Source: a bacterium (lineage in GTDB: Bacteria; Planctomycetota; Planctomycetia; Pirellulales; UBA1268). Taken from it: a stretch of 57,196 nt of DNA. The position numbers were made by a program, and so were the translations under genes. Positions within the stretch are counted from its first letter, which is position 1; each line of letters opens with the position of its first letter. The notes beneath the pieces were generated by a model. The model was not told the DNA's origin and ran no database searches. It worked only from the letters and a program-made list of their open reading frames with translations. Below are positions 8,847 to 18,997 of this stretch, in pieces. Where the stretch lies: the NCBI GenBank assembly GCA_029978085.1, contig JAPOJV010000003.1, forward strand, positions 1 to 57,196, read 5' to 3'.

Positions 8847-11002
8847 GTGGTCGACGGCAACGCCTAATGGCCCTCATCGGCTCGGGTGCGATGCAAGTCT
8901 CGTCGCTGGACCTCGAAGACTCGGTCCAAATGCTCCTCGAGCTTGCACCGACACCCTCGCCTTTCCCTAGCGGTAAGGCAGCCGGCGCCCCAGCAGGGGC
9001 GACCCGTCCGAGCCTTCTCTTTCCCTGGATCTGGATTGCTGTCGCGATCCTCGTCACCGCGACGGCGGTGGCCCAGGCTGGGGAGCCGACGCTGGCTGAA
9101 GAGGCGGCGTTTCGGGCGGCCGTCGCGCGGGTGGCGGGGGCCGTTGTGCGGATCGAGCCCGTGGTGGCGTCGGAGGCGGCGGTCGGGAAAGGCACCGAGG
9201 CGGTCGCCGGCACTGGGCCCTCGACGGGTCTCGTGATCGATCCAGGCGGCTGGGTGCTCACGACGGCGTTCGCCGTGCCGAAAGACGTGGTCGACGTCGT
9301 GGTCGTGCGGCCTGACGGCGGACGGCAGGCGGCGCGGGCCGTGGGGCGTGATGTGCCACGCGGACTCGTGCTGCTCAGGACGGATGCGCTGCCCGACGCG
9401 CCGTCACTCGAGATCGTGTCACGTGCCGACCTCGCGCCGGGCCAGTGGACGATCGCCGTCGGCCGTGGCTGGGCATCTTCGGAGCCGGCCGTGGCGGTGG
9501 GCGTGCTCTCCGCGGTGAACCGGGCCTGGGGCCGCGCCGTGCAGACGGATGCGTCGGTCTCACCGGCCAACTATGGCGGCCCGCTCATCGACATCCGCGG
9601 CCGCGTGATCGGCATCCTCGCGCCACTGCCGGCCGATACGGCGGGCATGAATCTCGGCACGGAGCTCTATGACGCGGGCATCGGCTTTGCCGTGCCGCTC
9701 GCCGACGTGGCGCCGCTCCGCTCGCGGCTGGAGCAGGGGGAGACGCTGGCCGGCGGCGTGCTCGGCATCTCGTATCGTTCCGACGACCTCATCAACGGCG
9801 AGCCGGTGATCGCCAGCTGCCGGCAGGGCTCGCCCGCCGTCCGCGCCGGACTGCGGCCGGGCGATCGGATCGTGGCCATCGACGGCCAGGCCGTCACGCG
9901 GATCGCCGACGCCCGACAGCAGATCGTGCCCCGCCATGCCGGCGACACGATCCGCATCGACATCGTGAGGGGCGACTCAACGCCAGAGACGCACTCGTTC
10001 GCGGCCACGCTCGTGGCGGCCATGCCCCCGTGGCGGCAGGCGATGCTGGGACTCATCGCGGCGCCGGCGGCGGCAGACGCTGCCGACACGAAGGCCGCGG
10101 GCGTGACCGTCGAGTGGGTGCTGCCCGAGGGGCCGGCGGGCCGGGCGGGAGTGCAGGTCGGCGACGTGATCGAGGCGTTTGCACTGGAGGATGCTGCTGC
10201 GGTCGGTGATGACGAGTCGCGGCTGGACGGCGCCACCGATCTCGCCGGTCGTCTCGCGGGCCTCGAGCCAGCCACGAAGGTCACGCTCTCACTTCGCCGC
10301 GGCGACGACCGCCCCCGGCTGTCGATCGAGGCGACTGCCTTCGATCCGCGACTGCCCGCCGATCTGCCACCCCTGGCGGCCGATACGACCGGCGATGCCG
10401 CGAAGGTCATCAGGCTGACAGCCGCCGAAGTGGCCGAGCCGGCGCTGGCGGTCGTGCCGGCTGGAGATGCCGATGCGCCACTGGGCGTGCTTGTTTATTG
10501 CGGTCCGCCGCGCGGGCCGGTCGCCGACGCCGAGGCGACCCCCTGGAAGGCCGCCGTGGCGCGGCACGGCGTCGCAGTGATCCTCGCCGGCTCGGCCGAT
10601 CCGCAGCGCTGGAGCCGCGACGACGCCGACGGGATCAAGCGGGCCTTGGCAGCGCTGCACGCGCGGCGGCCGATCGATCCGCGGCGGGTGGCGGTCGCGG
10701 GGAGCGGAGCAGGGGGGAGCTTTGCCTGGGTCGTGGCCGAACGGCTGCCTGCCGTGATCCGCGGCGTGGCGCTCCAGAATGCCGCGCTGCCGCGCACCGC
10801 TGCGATCCCGACTGCCGAGCCGAGCCGCAGCCTCTGGGTGTTGCTGGGAGAATCCGCAGGAGATGTCGGCCGCCGACTGGCCGACGACCGTCGCCGGCTC
10901 GAGCAGGCAGGTCATGCCGTGGGCACGCTGCCCACGCCTCCGAACGACGCGATCCCCACCGACGACCTCTGCCGCTGGGTGCGGCTCCTCGGATTGCTGT
11001 AG
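8843..11002 (+). CDS. Multi-PDZ HtrA-like pseudoprotease fused to an alpha/beta-hydrolase-like domain
   Basis: LTTAFAV and VQTDASVSPANYGG (triad lost); two PDZ motifs (GLRPGDRI, GVQVGDVI); C-terminal IDPRRVAVAGSGAGG. The true start may be further downstream. Confidence 0.78.
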   Translation: MSGRRQRLMALIGSGAMQVSSLDLEDSVQMLLELAPTPSPFPSGKAAGAPAGATRPSLLFPWIWIAVAILVTATAVAQAGEPTLAEEAAFRAAVARVAGAVVRIEPVVASEAAVGKGTEAVAGTGPSTGLVIDPGGWVLTTAFAVPKDVVDVVVVRPDGGRQAARAVGRDVPRGLVLLRTDALPDAPSLEIVSRADLAPGQWTIAVGRGWASSEPAVAVGVLSAVNRAWGRAVQTDASVSPANYGGPLIDIRGRVIGILAPLPADTAGMNLGTELYDAGIGFAVPLADVAPLRSRLEQGETLAGGVLGISYRSDDLINGEPVIASCRQGSPAVRAGLRPGDRIVAIDGQAVTRIADARQQIVPRHAGDTIRIDIVRGDSTPETHSFAATLVAAMPPWRQAMLGLIAAPAAADAADTKAAGVTVEWVLPEGPAGRAGVQVGDVIEAFALEDAAAVGDDESRLDGATDLAGRLAGLEPATKVTLSLRRGDDRPRLSIEATAFDPRLPADLPPLAADTTGDAAKVIRLTAAEVAEPALAVVPAGDADAPLGVLVYCGPPRGPVADAEATPWKAAVARHGVAVILAGSADPQRWSRDDADGIKRALAALHARRPIDPRRVAVAGSGAGGSFAWVVAERLPAVIRGVALQNAALPRTAAIPTAEPSRSLWVLLGESAGDVGRRLADDRRRLEQAGHAVGTLPTPPNDAIPTDDLCRWVRLLGLL

Positions 11003-11005
11003 CCG

Positions 11006-12352
11006 TTATGTGGGGGTCATAGCGAGGGCCGACCGCTTGACCTGCTGCCAATAGCGCGAGAACCGCCCGAGGTCGGTGACGCGGGAGCGGTCGCAGAACG
11101 TGGGCCACGCCCGCACCTCGACCGGCAGCCGTGCGGCCATCTCTGCCACGGCCGCCCGCACGAGCGGGCAGGGCGTGTCAGCGAGGCTCACGCCATCACA
11201 GCCGTGCGCCGCGGCCCGCTCAGGAATCACCGTGCGTGGATCGCCGACGATCACCTCGACACCGGACACGTCGGCCAGACACTCGAACAGGAACACGAGC
11301 CGCTTGAGCGTCGGTCGCTCCCGTCGCAGCCAGACGGAGTCGATCACGTGCACACGTGGCGAATCGGGATACGCGGTCGCCGCGGGACTCCGCGGTGACA
11401 CCGAGTCGAGTGTGAGCCAGACGAGCGGTCGCGCAAGGGGCGGCTGCGGCGCCGGCCGCCACGGGGCCTCAGGACGGATGCGAAGCGGCGGGCGAGCCGC
11501 GGCCTCCCCGACGAACAGCCGCGCCGTCAGGTCGTCGTAGGATCCCTCGACGTCGCAGTGCCCCAGCACCGGACACGCTCGGCAGTGCACGCCGGCGGTG
11601 AACGTGTCCAGATTCTCACGATTGAAGAGATAGGGCTTGGCGGCGAACGTGCCCGCGACCCACTGCCAGGAGAGATGGTTGCTCGCGGGATCGCCATCGA
11701 GCAGATGCTCGAGGAACCAGTCGGCCCCTGCCTGCCACCGCACCCCGCGGACATGCACGAGCCAGGAGGCGAGCCACATCCGCTCATGGTTGTGCAGCCA
11801 GCCGGTCGTCTGCAGCCGCCGCACGAAGGCATCGATACAGGCCATGCCCGTCGCCGCGATGCGGACATCGTCGGGCACGTGGTCGAGGCGGGCCGCCGCA
11901 CGCGGGGCCGAGGCCGGTGGCTCGATGTCCGCATGGATGCGATCGCCGAGCGCCGCATGCACCTGCCGCCAGTAGTCGCGCCAGCCGAGTTCTGAAATCA
12001 GCTTTTCCGCCTGCTCCGCCGTGGCGACGCGGACGAGCGCCGCATCGCGCACCTCGGCCAGCCCGAGCACGCCGTGCCGGATCCAGGGAGAGAGGCCGGT
12101 GACGGCACCGGCGACGTAGTTGCGGCTGCGGGCATAGGCGACGGGATCGATCGCGGCGAGACGTTCGAATGCGGCGCGGCTGCCCCCCGAGGGAATGCCG
12201 AGTGCTGCGGCTCTCTCGGCTGCGTTCGAGTCCGCGTGACATCGCTTGGCCAGCGTCGCGACGAGCGTGGCCCGGTCGCTGCCGACGATCGAGGTCAGGT
12301 CTGCGTGATCGGGGTGCGACACGGAATCAGTCACGGGCGAGTGGTCCGCCAT
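11006..12352 (-). CDS. Short photolyase with inverted domain order (NewPHL-like)
   Basis: N-terminal FAD-domain motifs YARSRN..VTGLSPWIRHG, GWLHNHERMWLASW and LLDGDPASNHLSWQWVAG; C-terminal antenna-like segment LKRLVFLFECLAD...RFSRYW. Confidence 0.82.
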   Translation of the reverse strand: MADHSPVTDSVSHPDHADLTSIVGSDRATLVATLAKRCHADSNAAERAAALGIPSGGSRAAFERLAAIDPVAYARSRNYVAGAVTGLSPWIRHGVLGLAEVRDAALVRVATAEQAEKLISELGWRDYWRQVHAALGDRIHADIEPPASAPRAAARLDHVPDDVRIAATGMACIDAFVRRLQTTGWLHNHERMWLASWLVHVRGVRWQAGADWFLEHLLDGDPASNHLSWQWVAGTFAAKPYLFNRENLDTFTAGVHCRACPVLGHCDVEGSYDDLTARLFVGEAAARPPLRIRPEAPWRPAPQPPLARPLVWLTLDSVSPRSPAATAYPDSPRVHVIDSVWLRRERPTLKRLVFLFECLADVSGVEVIVGDPRTVIPERAAAHGCDGVSLADTPCPLVRAAVAEMAARLPVEVRAWPTFCDRSRVTDLGRFSRYWQQVKRSALAMTPT

Positions 12353-12377
12353 TGGAGTGGATCAGCGGGCGAACGAG

Positions 12378-12417
12378 TGCGCTCTTCGCAGGCAGGCGAC
12401 TGCACTGAAAGTGGGCG
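12378..12417 (+). promoter_or_regulatory. Tandem NtrC-like enhancer sites
   Basis: TGCGCT-N5-CAGGCA (12378-12394) and TGCACT-N5-TGGGCG (12401-12417) loosely match TGCACC-N5-GGTGCA, ~140-180 bp upstream of a sigma54 site. Confidence 0.45.
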
Positions 12418-12554
12418 CGAGACGACAGCCGAACGAGAAGGTGGCGGCCCACCCAACGGGAAGGATAACGGAGCATACGCCTTTTCGCCGCGAAATACCG
12501 CATTCACGCCGTGCAGGAGCTGCCGACCGCTTTTTTGTCGCGAGTGAAACGCGA

Positions 12555-12570
12555 TGGCACGGTGTTTGCA
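12555..12570 (+). promoter_or_regulatory. sigma54 (-24/-12) promoter
   Basis: TGGCAC-GGTGT-TTGCA matches the TGGCAC-N5-TTGCW consensus exactly and lies upstream of a P-II gene. Confidence 0.8.
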
Positions 12571-12588
12571 ATCTGCCCGAAGTCTGCG

Positions 12589-12695
12589 AGACGGCGGCCG
12601 CCCGCCGTCTGCGCCCATCGTCCAGAAGGATGCCCCAACGGCTTGGGTAAGCACTCCGCCTAGCTTGCCCAGGCCGGGGCATTCTGGATGGTGGG
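12589..12695 (+). ncRNA. Candidate structured 5' leader or sRNA upstream of glnB
   Basis: Hairpin 12589-12610 plus an 82-nt hairpin 12614-12695 with four G-U pairs on the + strand; starts just downstream of the sigma54 site. Confidence 0.45.
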
Positions 12696-12754
12696 CAAGT
12701 CACGCCGTGACTTGTTTTTTCCGGTCACGGCGTGACCGGGCTACTTCGGGCTAC
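12691..12754. repeat. REP doublet (BIME-like), cluster 1
   Basis: GTGGGCAAGTCACGCCGTGACTTG, T-linker, then CCGGTCACGGCGTGACCGGGCTAC, followed by a duplicated cgggctac foot. Confidence 0.85.
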
Positions 12755-12813
12755 TTTCCCCCGCGCGAGTCTACACTGTCGGGTAGTCCCCTCGCTCGCC
12801 CGGCAGAGACTCT

Positions 12814-13161
12814 GTGAAACTCATCATCGCGATCATCCAGCCCAACAAGCTCGAGAGCGTCAAGCAGGCGCTCTCCGAGGTGGAGGTGTTTCGTCTCACC
12901 GTCCTCGACGTGCAGGGTTTCGGCCGCCAGCGAGGACACGCCGAAACCTACCGCGGCCACGAGATCGCGGTGAACCTGCTGCGGAAGGTGCAGCTGCAGA
13001 TCGCCGTCAACGACGACTTCGTCGAGCCGACGATCGCGGCGATCGTGAAGGGGGGCCGCACGGGCGAGCGGGGCGAGATCGGCGACGGCAAGATCTTCGT
13101 GCTCCCCATGGACGAGTGCGTGCGGATCCGCACGGGCGAACGCGGCCGCGAAGCGATATGA
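12814..13161 (+). CDS. glnB: P-II family nitrogen regulatory protein (GlnB/GlnK)
   Basis: MKLIIAIIQPNKL, GFGRQRG..ETYRG (T-loop Tyr), GEIGDGKIFV, RIRTGERG. Confidence 0.95.
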   Translation: MKLIIAIIQPNKLESVKQALSEVEVFRLTVLDVQGFGRQRGHAETYRGHEIAVNLLRKVQLQIAVNDDFVEPTIAAIVKGGRTGERGEIGDGKIFVLPMDECVRIRTGERGREAI

Positions 13162-15914
13162 CCGGCCTGAGTGGCCGTCGGATCGCGGTGCTGAATCCCG
13201 ACTCGATGGGGGATCTCATTCTGCGGCAGTCGCTCTTCGCGGCAATCGCCGCCCGGGCCGCGAGCCTCGCGCTCGTCGTGAGACCGGGACTGATTCCCGT
13301 GGCGGAGCGGCTCGCACCAGACGCCACGCTCGTGCCCCTGCCCGCCGATCCCTACGACCCCGTCGAGGAACCCGACCCGCTGCACGTGGCGCAGGTCGTC
13401 GCGGAACTGCGGACGCTCGACGTCGACACCGTCGTCGTCGCCGCCTACCAGCGAACGCGGTTCGACGAGTTGGTCGTCGAAGCGCTGCCGGAGACGACGC
13501 GGATCGGCTTCGCGGGCGACCGCTATCCGGCCAACACGCCTGCCGCCCAGCCCCTGGGCTGGCCCAAACGGTTGTCACATGCCGTGGCCGTACCCGAACA
13601 CGAGCACGACTGGCTGAAGAACCGGCGGCTTACCACGGTCATCTGCGGCGAGCAGCCTGACTGGCCGCGGCCACACCTCACGGCCACACGGCATGAGCTC
13701 GACGCCGCCGGACGCCTGCTCGCGAGGCAGGGCGTGGACTGGCCGTCGTTTCACGTAGCCTGCATCGGCGCGAGCGACCGCGTGGCGGTCCGCAGCTGGC
13801 CGGCCGACCGCTGGGCCGCCGTGCTCGACCATGCGATCCGCAGGCATGGCTGGCGGGTCGTGCTCGTCGGCACGCCCGACGAGCGCGAGGGCAACGCGTG
13901 CATCATGCGGCAGCTCGCGTTCGACGGGCAGGGCAAAGGCGGGTCCGCGTGGCTCGACACCACCATCGAGTTCGAGGCGATCCTCGGCCTGCTCTCACGG
14001 GCGGCCGGCTACATCGGCCGCGACTCCGGGCCGATGCACCTCGCGGCGGCGTTGGGCAAGCCGGTGATCAGCGTGACAGGGGGCGGCACGTGGCCACGGT
14101 TCGTACCGCTGGCACCGGCCGGCGCCAGCTTCTGCCTCGATGTCCCGTGCGCGGGCTGCGGCTGGTTCTGCCACCTCGACGAATCCTTCTGCGTGACGCA
14201 CGTGCCGACCGCACCGGTGCTCGAAGCCGTCGATGCACTCGCGACCAACCAGCTGACAACCGTTGCGGCGCGGGCCCTGCCACGCAGTGAGTCGCTCGCC
14301 ATCCACATGGAGCGGGAGGCGGCCCGCGTCGGCCGCAGCCTCTCCTGGGAGCTGCATCGCGCGAGCGGGCAGCAGCCGCACGCGGCACCTGCCCCGCGTG
14401 AGACACCGCGCAGCGATCGGCCGCGGGTCTTTCTCGGGATGCCGTTCTACGGCGCCGGCAACATCGGCGACGACCTCGCGCTCGCAGGCTTTCTGGAGGC
14501 ATGGAGGCGGCTCGGACGTCCGGCGGACCTCGTGGCCGCGATCCCGTTTCCGCTCGCCCCTCAGGCGCGGCGGTTTCCCGACATCGAGTGGCATGCCGAC
14601 GCGCCGCACGTGCGAGAGGCCGCGATCCGTGACTGCGACGCCTGGCTCGCCCTCGGCGGCAGCCCGTTTCAGACCGACAGTGGCCCGTGGATGCTCGATC
14701 ATCTCGCCCGCGACACCCATCTCTGCCGGCGGTTCGACCGGCCGATGTATTTCCTGGGCACGGGACTCAACGACCGAGCCGCACTCGCCGACCCGCGGGC
14801 CCGCGACGCGGTCGCTGGTGCGACCCATCTCTGGATCCGCGACGCCGACTGCGCCGCCTGGCTGGCGGATGTGGCCGGCGCCGAGCGGGTGACCGCCACC
14901 GCCGACCTCGCCCACGTCTTTCTCGAGCAACTGTCGACATCGGCACCGGAACCGAACCGGCTCGGCTGGACGCTCGCCTTCGAAGACGAGTCGCGCTGCG
15001 AGCCGGGGGCGATCGAGCAGGTGGTCGCCCGGCTGACCGACTGGACCCACGACTGGCTCGTGCAGGATGTCCGCCTGCTGCCCGGCGGCGAGCGCTGGTG
15101 GCACCGACAGCTCGACGCGACCACGCGGCACGCCACGCACGTGAAGCTGCCCGACTATGCCGCGGCCACGACCGCACAACTGCTCGCCGCCTGGCCGTGC
15201 GGCGAGGCTGTGGTCAGCAGCCGCTACCATGCGTTGCTCGTGGGGGCCTGGCGAGGAAGTCGGCTCGTGGCCGTCTCCCGGAGCGACAAACTCGCCGCCG
15301 CAGCCACCTCACTCGGCTGCACGGTCATCGATCGGGCCGACGATGCTCCGACGCTGTGTGCCGCGATCGCGGCCGCGACACCGATCGATTGCGGGCGGCT
15401 CACCGCACTCGCGGCATCGGCCTTCGACGCCTGCCAGGCCTTTGCAGACCGGCTTCGTCGCGATGCCTTGGCCGCAGCCTCGAAGTCTCTCTCGGGCATC
15501 GAGTTCGGCCCGCGGCTCGCCGGCGGCGGCTGGCACGAACCCGAGCGCGATGCGGTGTCGTGGTTTCGCTGGCTGGGAGCCGCGCCGTCCGCCTGGGTCG
15601 ACGTGCCAGTGCCGGCCACCGGCGCGATCCGCCTCCGCTGTGACGTGGGGCATGTCGCAGCGGCCGGCATCGCCGAGGGCGTGCAACTCTGGGCCGACGG
15701 CGTGCCGCTGGCGACCAGCCTGCAACACGGCGATCAGGGGTGGACGATCGAGGCCGACCTGCCGCCCCGCGCCGCAAGGAGCATCGTGCGGGTCGAGTTC
15801 GTCTCGCGCGATGCGATCCGCCCGTGCGACCTCGACCCCACCAACCCGGAGATCCGCCGGCTCGCGATCGCCGTGCGGCGACTGCGGCTGGAGCCGGCGG
15901 TGGTTCAGGACTGA
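13158..15914 (+). CDS. GT9 (heptosyltransferase-like) glycosyltransferase fused to a polysaccharide pyruvyl-transferase-like domain and a C-terminal beta-rich domain
   Basis: MGDLIL and DSGPMHLAAALGKP (GT9); FYGAGNIGDDL, WIRD and SSRYHALL (pyruvyl transferase); GWHEPE..FRW. ATG 13158 overlaps the glnB stop. Confidence 0.78.
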   Translation: MTGLSGRRIAVLNPDSMGDLILRQSLFAAIAARAASLALVVRPGLIPVAERLAPDATLVPLPADPYDPVEEPDPLHVAQVVAELRTLDVDTVVVAAYQRTRFDELVVEALPETTRIGFAGDRYPANTPAAQPLGWPKRLSHAVAVPEHEHDWLKNRRLTTVICGEQPDWPRPHLTATRHELDAAGRLLARQGVDWPSFHVACIGASDRVAVRSWPADRWAAVLDHAIRRHGWRVVLVGTPDEREGNACIMRQLAFDGQGKGGSAWLDTTIEFEAILGLLSRAAGYIGRDSGPMHLAAALGKPVISVTGGGTWPRFVPLAPAGASFCLDVPCAGCGWFCHLDESFCVTHVPTAPVLEAVDALATNQLTTVAARALPRSESLAIHMEREAARVGRSLSWELHRASGQQPHAAPAPRETPRSDRPRVFLGMPFYGAGNIGDDLALAGFLEAWRRLGRPADLVAAIPFPLAPQARRFPDIEWHADAPHVREAAIRDCDAWLALGGSPFQTDSGPWMLDHLARDTHLCRRFDRPMYFLGTGLNDRAALADPRARDAVAGATHLWIRDADCAAWLADVAGAERVTATADLAHVFLEQLSTSAPEPNRLGWTLAFEDESRCEPGAIEQVVARLTDWTHDWLVQDVRLLPGGERWWHRQLDATTRHATHVKLPDYAAATTAQLLAAWPCGEAVVSSRYHALLVGAWRGSRLVAVSRSDKLAAAATSLGCTVIDRADDAPTLCAAIAAATPIDCGRLTALAASAFDACQAFADRLRRDALAAASKSLSGIEFGPRLAGGGWHEPERDAVSWFRWLGAAPSAWVDVPVPATGAIRLRCDVGHVAAAGIAEGVQLWADGVPLATSLQHGDQGWTIEADLPPRAARSIVRVEFVSRDAIRPCDLDPTNPEIRRLAIAVRRLRLEPAVVQD

Positions 15915-16891
15915 GGCTTCGCCCGCACGGTTGCGGCCACGGTCTCGTGTGGGATGCGGGCGATGCCGCACCGCTCGTCGTTCAGGCCATAGCTGATCAG
16001 CCATGTGCCGCCATCGATCGCGGCACCACATGGATAGACGACCGACTCGACGGCTGGATTGAGCGACGGCAGGTGCCGCACGTCGCGGTGCGGCCCGGCC
16101 AGATCGAGCGACATGACCGGCTCCGCGCGCGGAGCAAACGGAACCGCGGCTGCGAAGGCATAGGCGGCCGCTTCGTAGCGATATCCCGTCGCGCCGTCGT
16201 GGATCGAGTGGGCGAACGACCAATAGTGACCGTCGTGCCAGACCGGAGGCGCGCCGCCGCGGAGCCCGCCGTGGCTCGCCGGATAGCCGGCTGCTGCGAA
16301 GGCGGTCTCCGCGAGCGGTGCGCACCGCACCTCACCGGCGACGTCGAACGACGCCCGCAGCACGCGATGGGGCATGATCGAATAGACGCACAGCAGGTCG
16401 CCGTCGGCCGTGGTGAAGAACGTCCAGTTTTTTTCGAGCGGTCGACGCTCGCCGCAGAGCACGAGTTCGCGAGGCTGGCCGAACGGCGTGAGCGTCCGCG
16501 CGTCGAGCTCCTGCAGAAACTGGTGATTGCAGGGCTCATGCCAGCCCGAATTCCAGTACACGAAGAGCCGGTCGCCCCAGCGGTAGAGCCGCGGATCGGC
16601 AAACCAGCGATGCACGACGTCGGGATAGCGATCGCCCGGTGGCAGCCGGAGCTGATCCGACAGGCCGCTCGGCGAGCCGGGCATGACCCGCAGGTCGCGG
16701 TCGAGCCGGCAGATCGCGATCCGGCGCAGCTGATCGGCCAGCACGATGCGATAGGCGAGCAGCCAGCCGTCGCCATCCCGGACGAGCCCGGGGTTGAACG
16801 CCCACACGGGGCTGGTGCCCGCGGCCTTCCGCCAGACGTCGGGCAGCAGCTCGGTGGAGTCGAAGACGACGCAGTCGGGGGCTCGGCTCAT
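15905..16891 (-). CDS. Five-bladed beta-propeller glycan-active protein (GH130/beta-mannosyltransferase-like)
   Basis: FNPGL, ADPRL, EKNWTFF, LRGGAPP, VVYPCG and ISYGLND motifs. Confidence 0.6.
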   Translation of the reverse strand: MSRAPDCVVFDSTELLPDVWRKAAGTSPVWAFNPGLVRDGDGWLLAYRIVLADQLRRIAICRLDRDLRVMPGSPSGLSDQLRLPPGDRYPDVVHRWFADPRLYRWGDRLFVYWNSGWHEPCNHQFLQELDARTLTPFGQPRELVLCGERRPLEKNWTFFTTADGDLLCVYSIMPHRVLRASFDVAGEVRCAPLAETAFAAAGYPASHGGLRGGAPPVWHDGHYWSFAHSIHDGATGYRYEAAAYAFAAAVPFAPRAEPVMSLDLAGPHRDVRHLPSLNPAVESVVYPCGAAIDGGTWLISYGLNDERCGIARIPHETVAATVRAKPQS

Positions 16892-16914
16892 CGCTGACCC
16901 GGGAGGGCGTCGAA

Positions 16915-18456
<1,542 letters not shown>

Positions 18457-18642
18457 GGCCGAAGCAGGGCGGAAACGCGGGCGGCCACCCGGGCGGTCCG
18501 GGCGGCACGCCGGCATCGTACCTGCCCGCCGCGACCGCGGCACCCTATCCCTGCAGTGCCGCGGTATTGGGCCGGGTTGTACACTCGGCCTCCCTGCGGC
18601 CGTCCGCGCCATCCCGCTCCTGCGTACCCCGGTGAGATCGAC

Positions 18643-18942
18643 ATGACCCTCGGCGAGTTCCAGTCCCTGATCCGCAGGATGTACCACGACAAGGACGCAG
18701 CCCGCGGCGTGGAGGGCACGTTCATGTGGCTCACCGAAGAGATTGGTGAGCTGGCCACGGCGCTCCGCAGCGGCACCCACGACGAACAGACGCTCGAGTT
18801 CGCCGACGTGCTGGCCTGGCTGGCGACGATCGCCAACGTGGCCGGCGTCGATCTCGACGAGGCGGTGCGCCGCAAATATGGCGGGGGCTGCCCGGGCTGT
18901 GGCCAGCTCGCCTGCACCTGCCCCGATGCCGAAAAGCCCTGA
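18643..18942 (+). CDS. MazG-like nucleotide pyrophosphohydrolase
   Basis: WLTEEIGELA...EFADVLAWL; Cys-rich tail CPGC..CTC. Confidence 0.85.
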   Translation: MTLGEFQSLIRRMYHDKDAARGVEGTFMWLTEEIGELATALRSGTHDEQTLEFADVLAWLATIANVAGVDLDEAVRRKYGGGCPGCGQLACTCPDAEKP

Positions 18943-18997
18943 CGCCCAATCCTGAATCCCTGTTGACCGCCGGAGGCTGCCAGCGGCCGCCCGACCG

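Noticed and set aside
12732-13157. N-terminal extension making a 1060-aa ORF over glnB
   Set aside because: It begins inside a REP and is an Arg-rich off-frame read of glnB; the GT9 sequence starts at ATG 13158.
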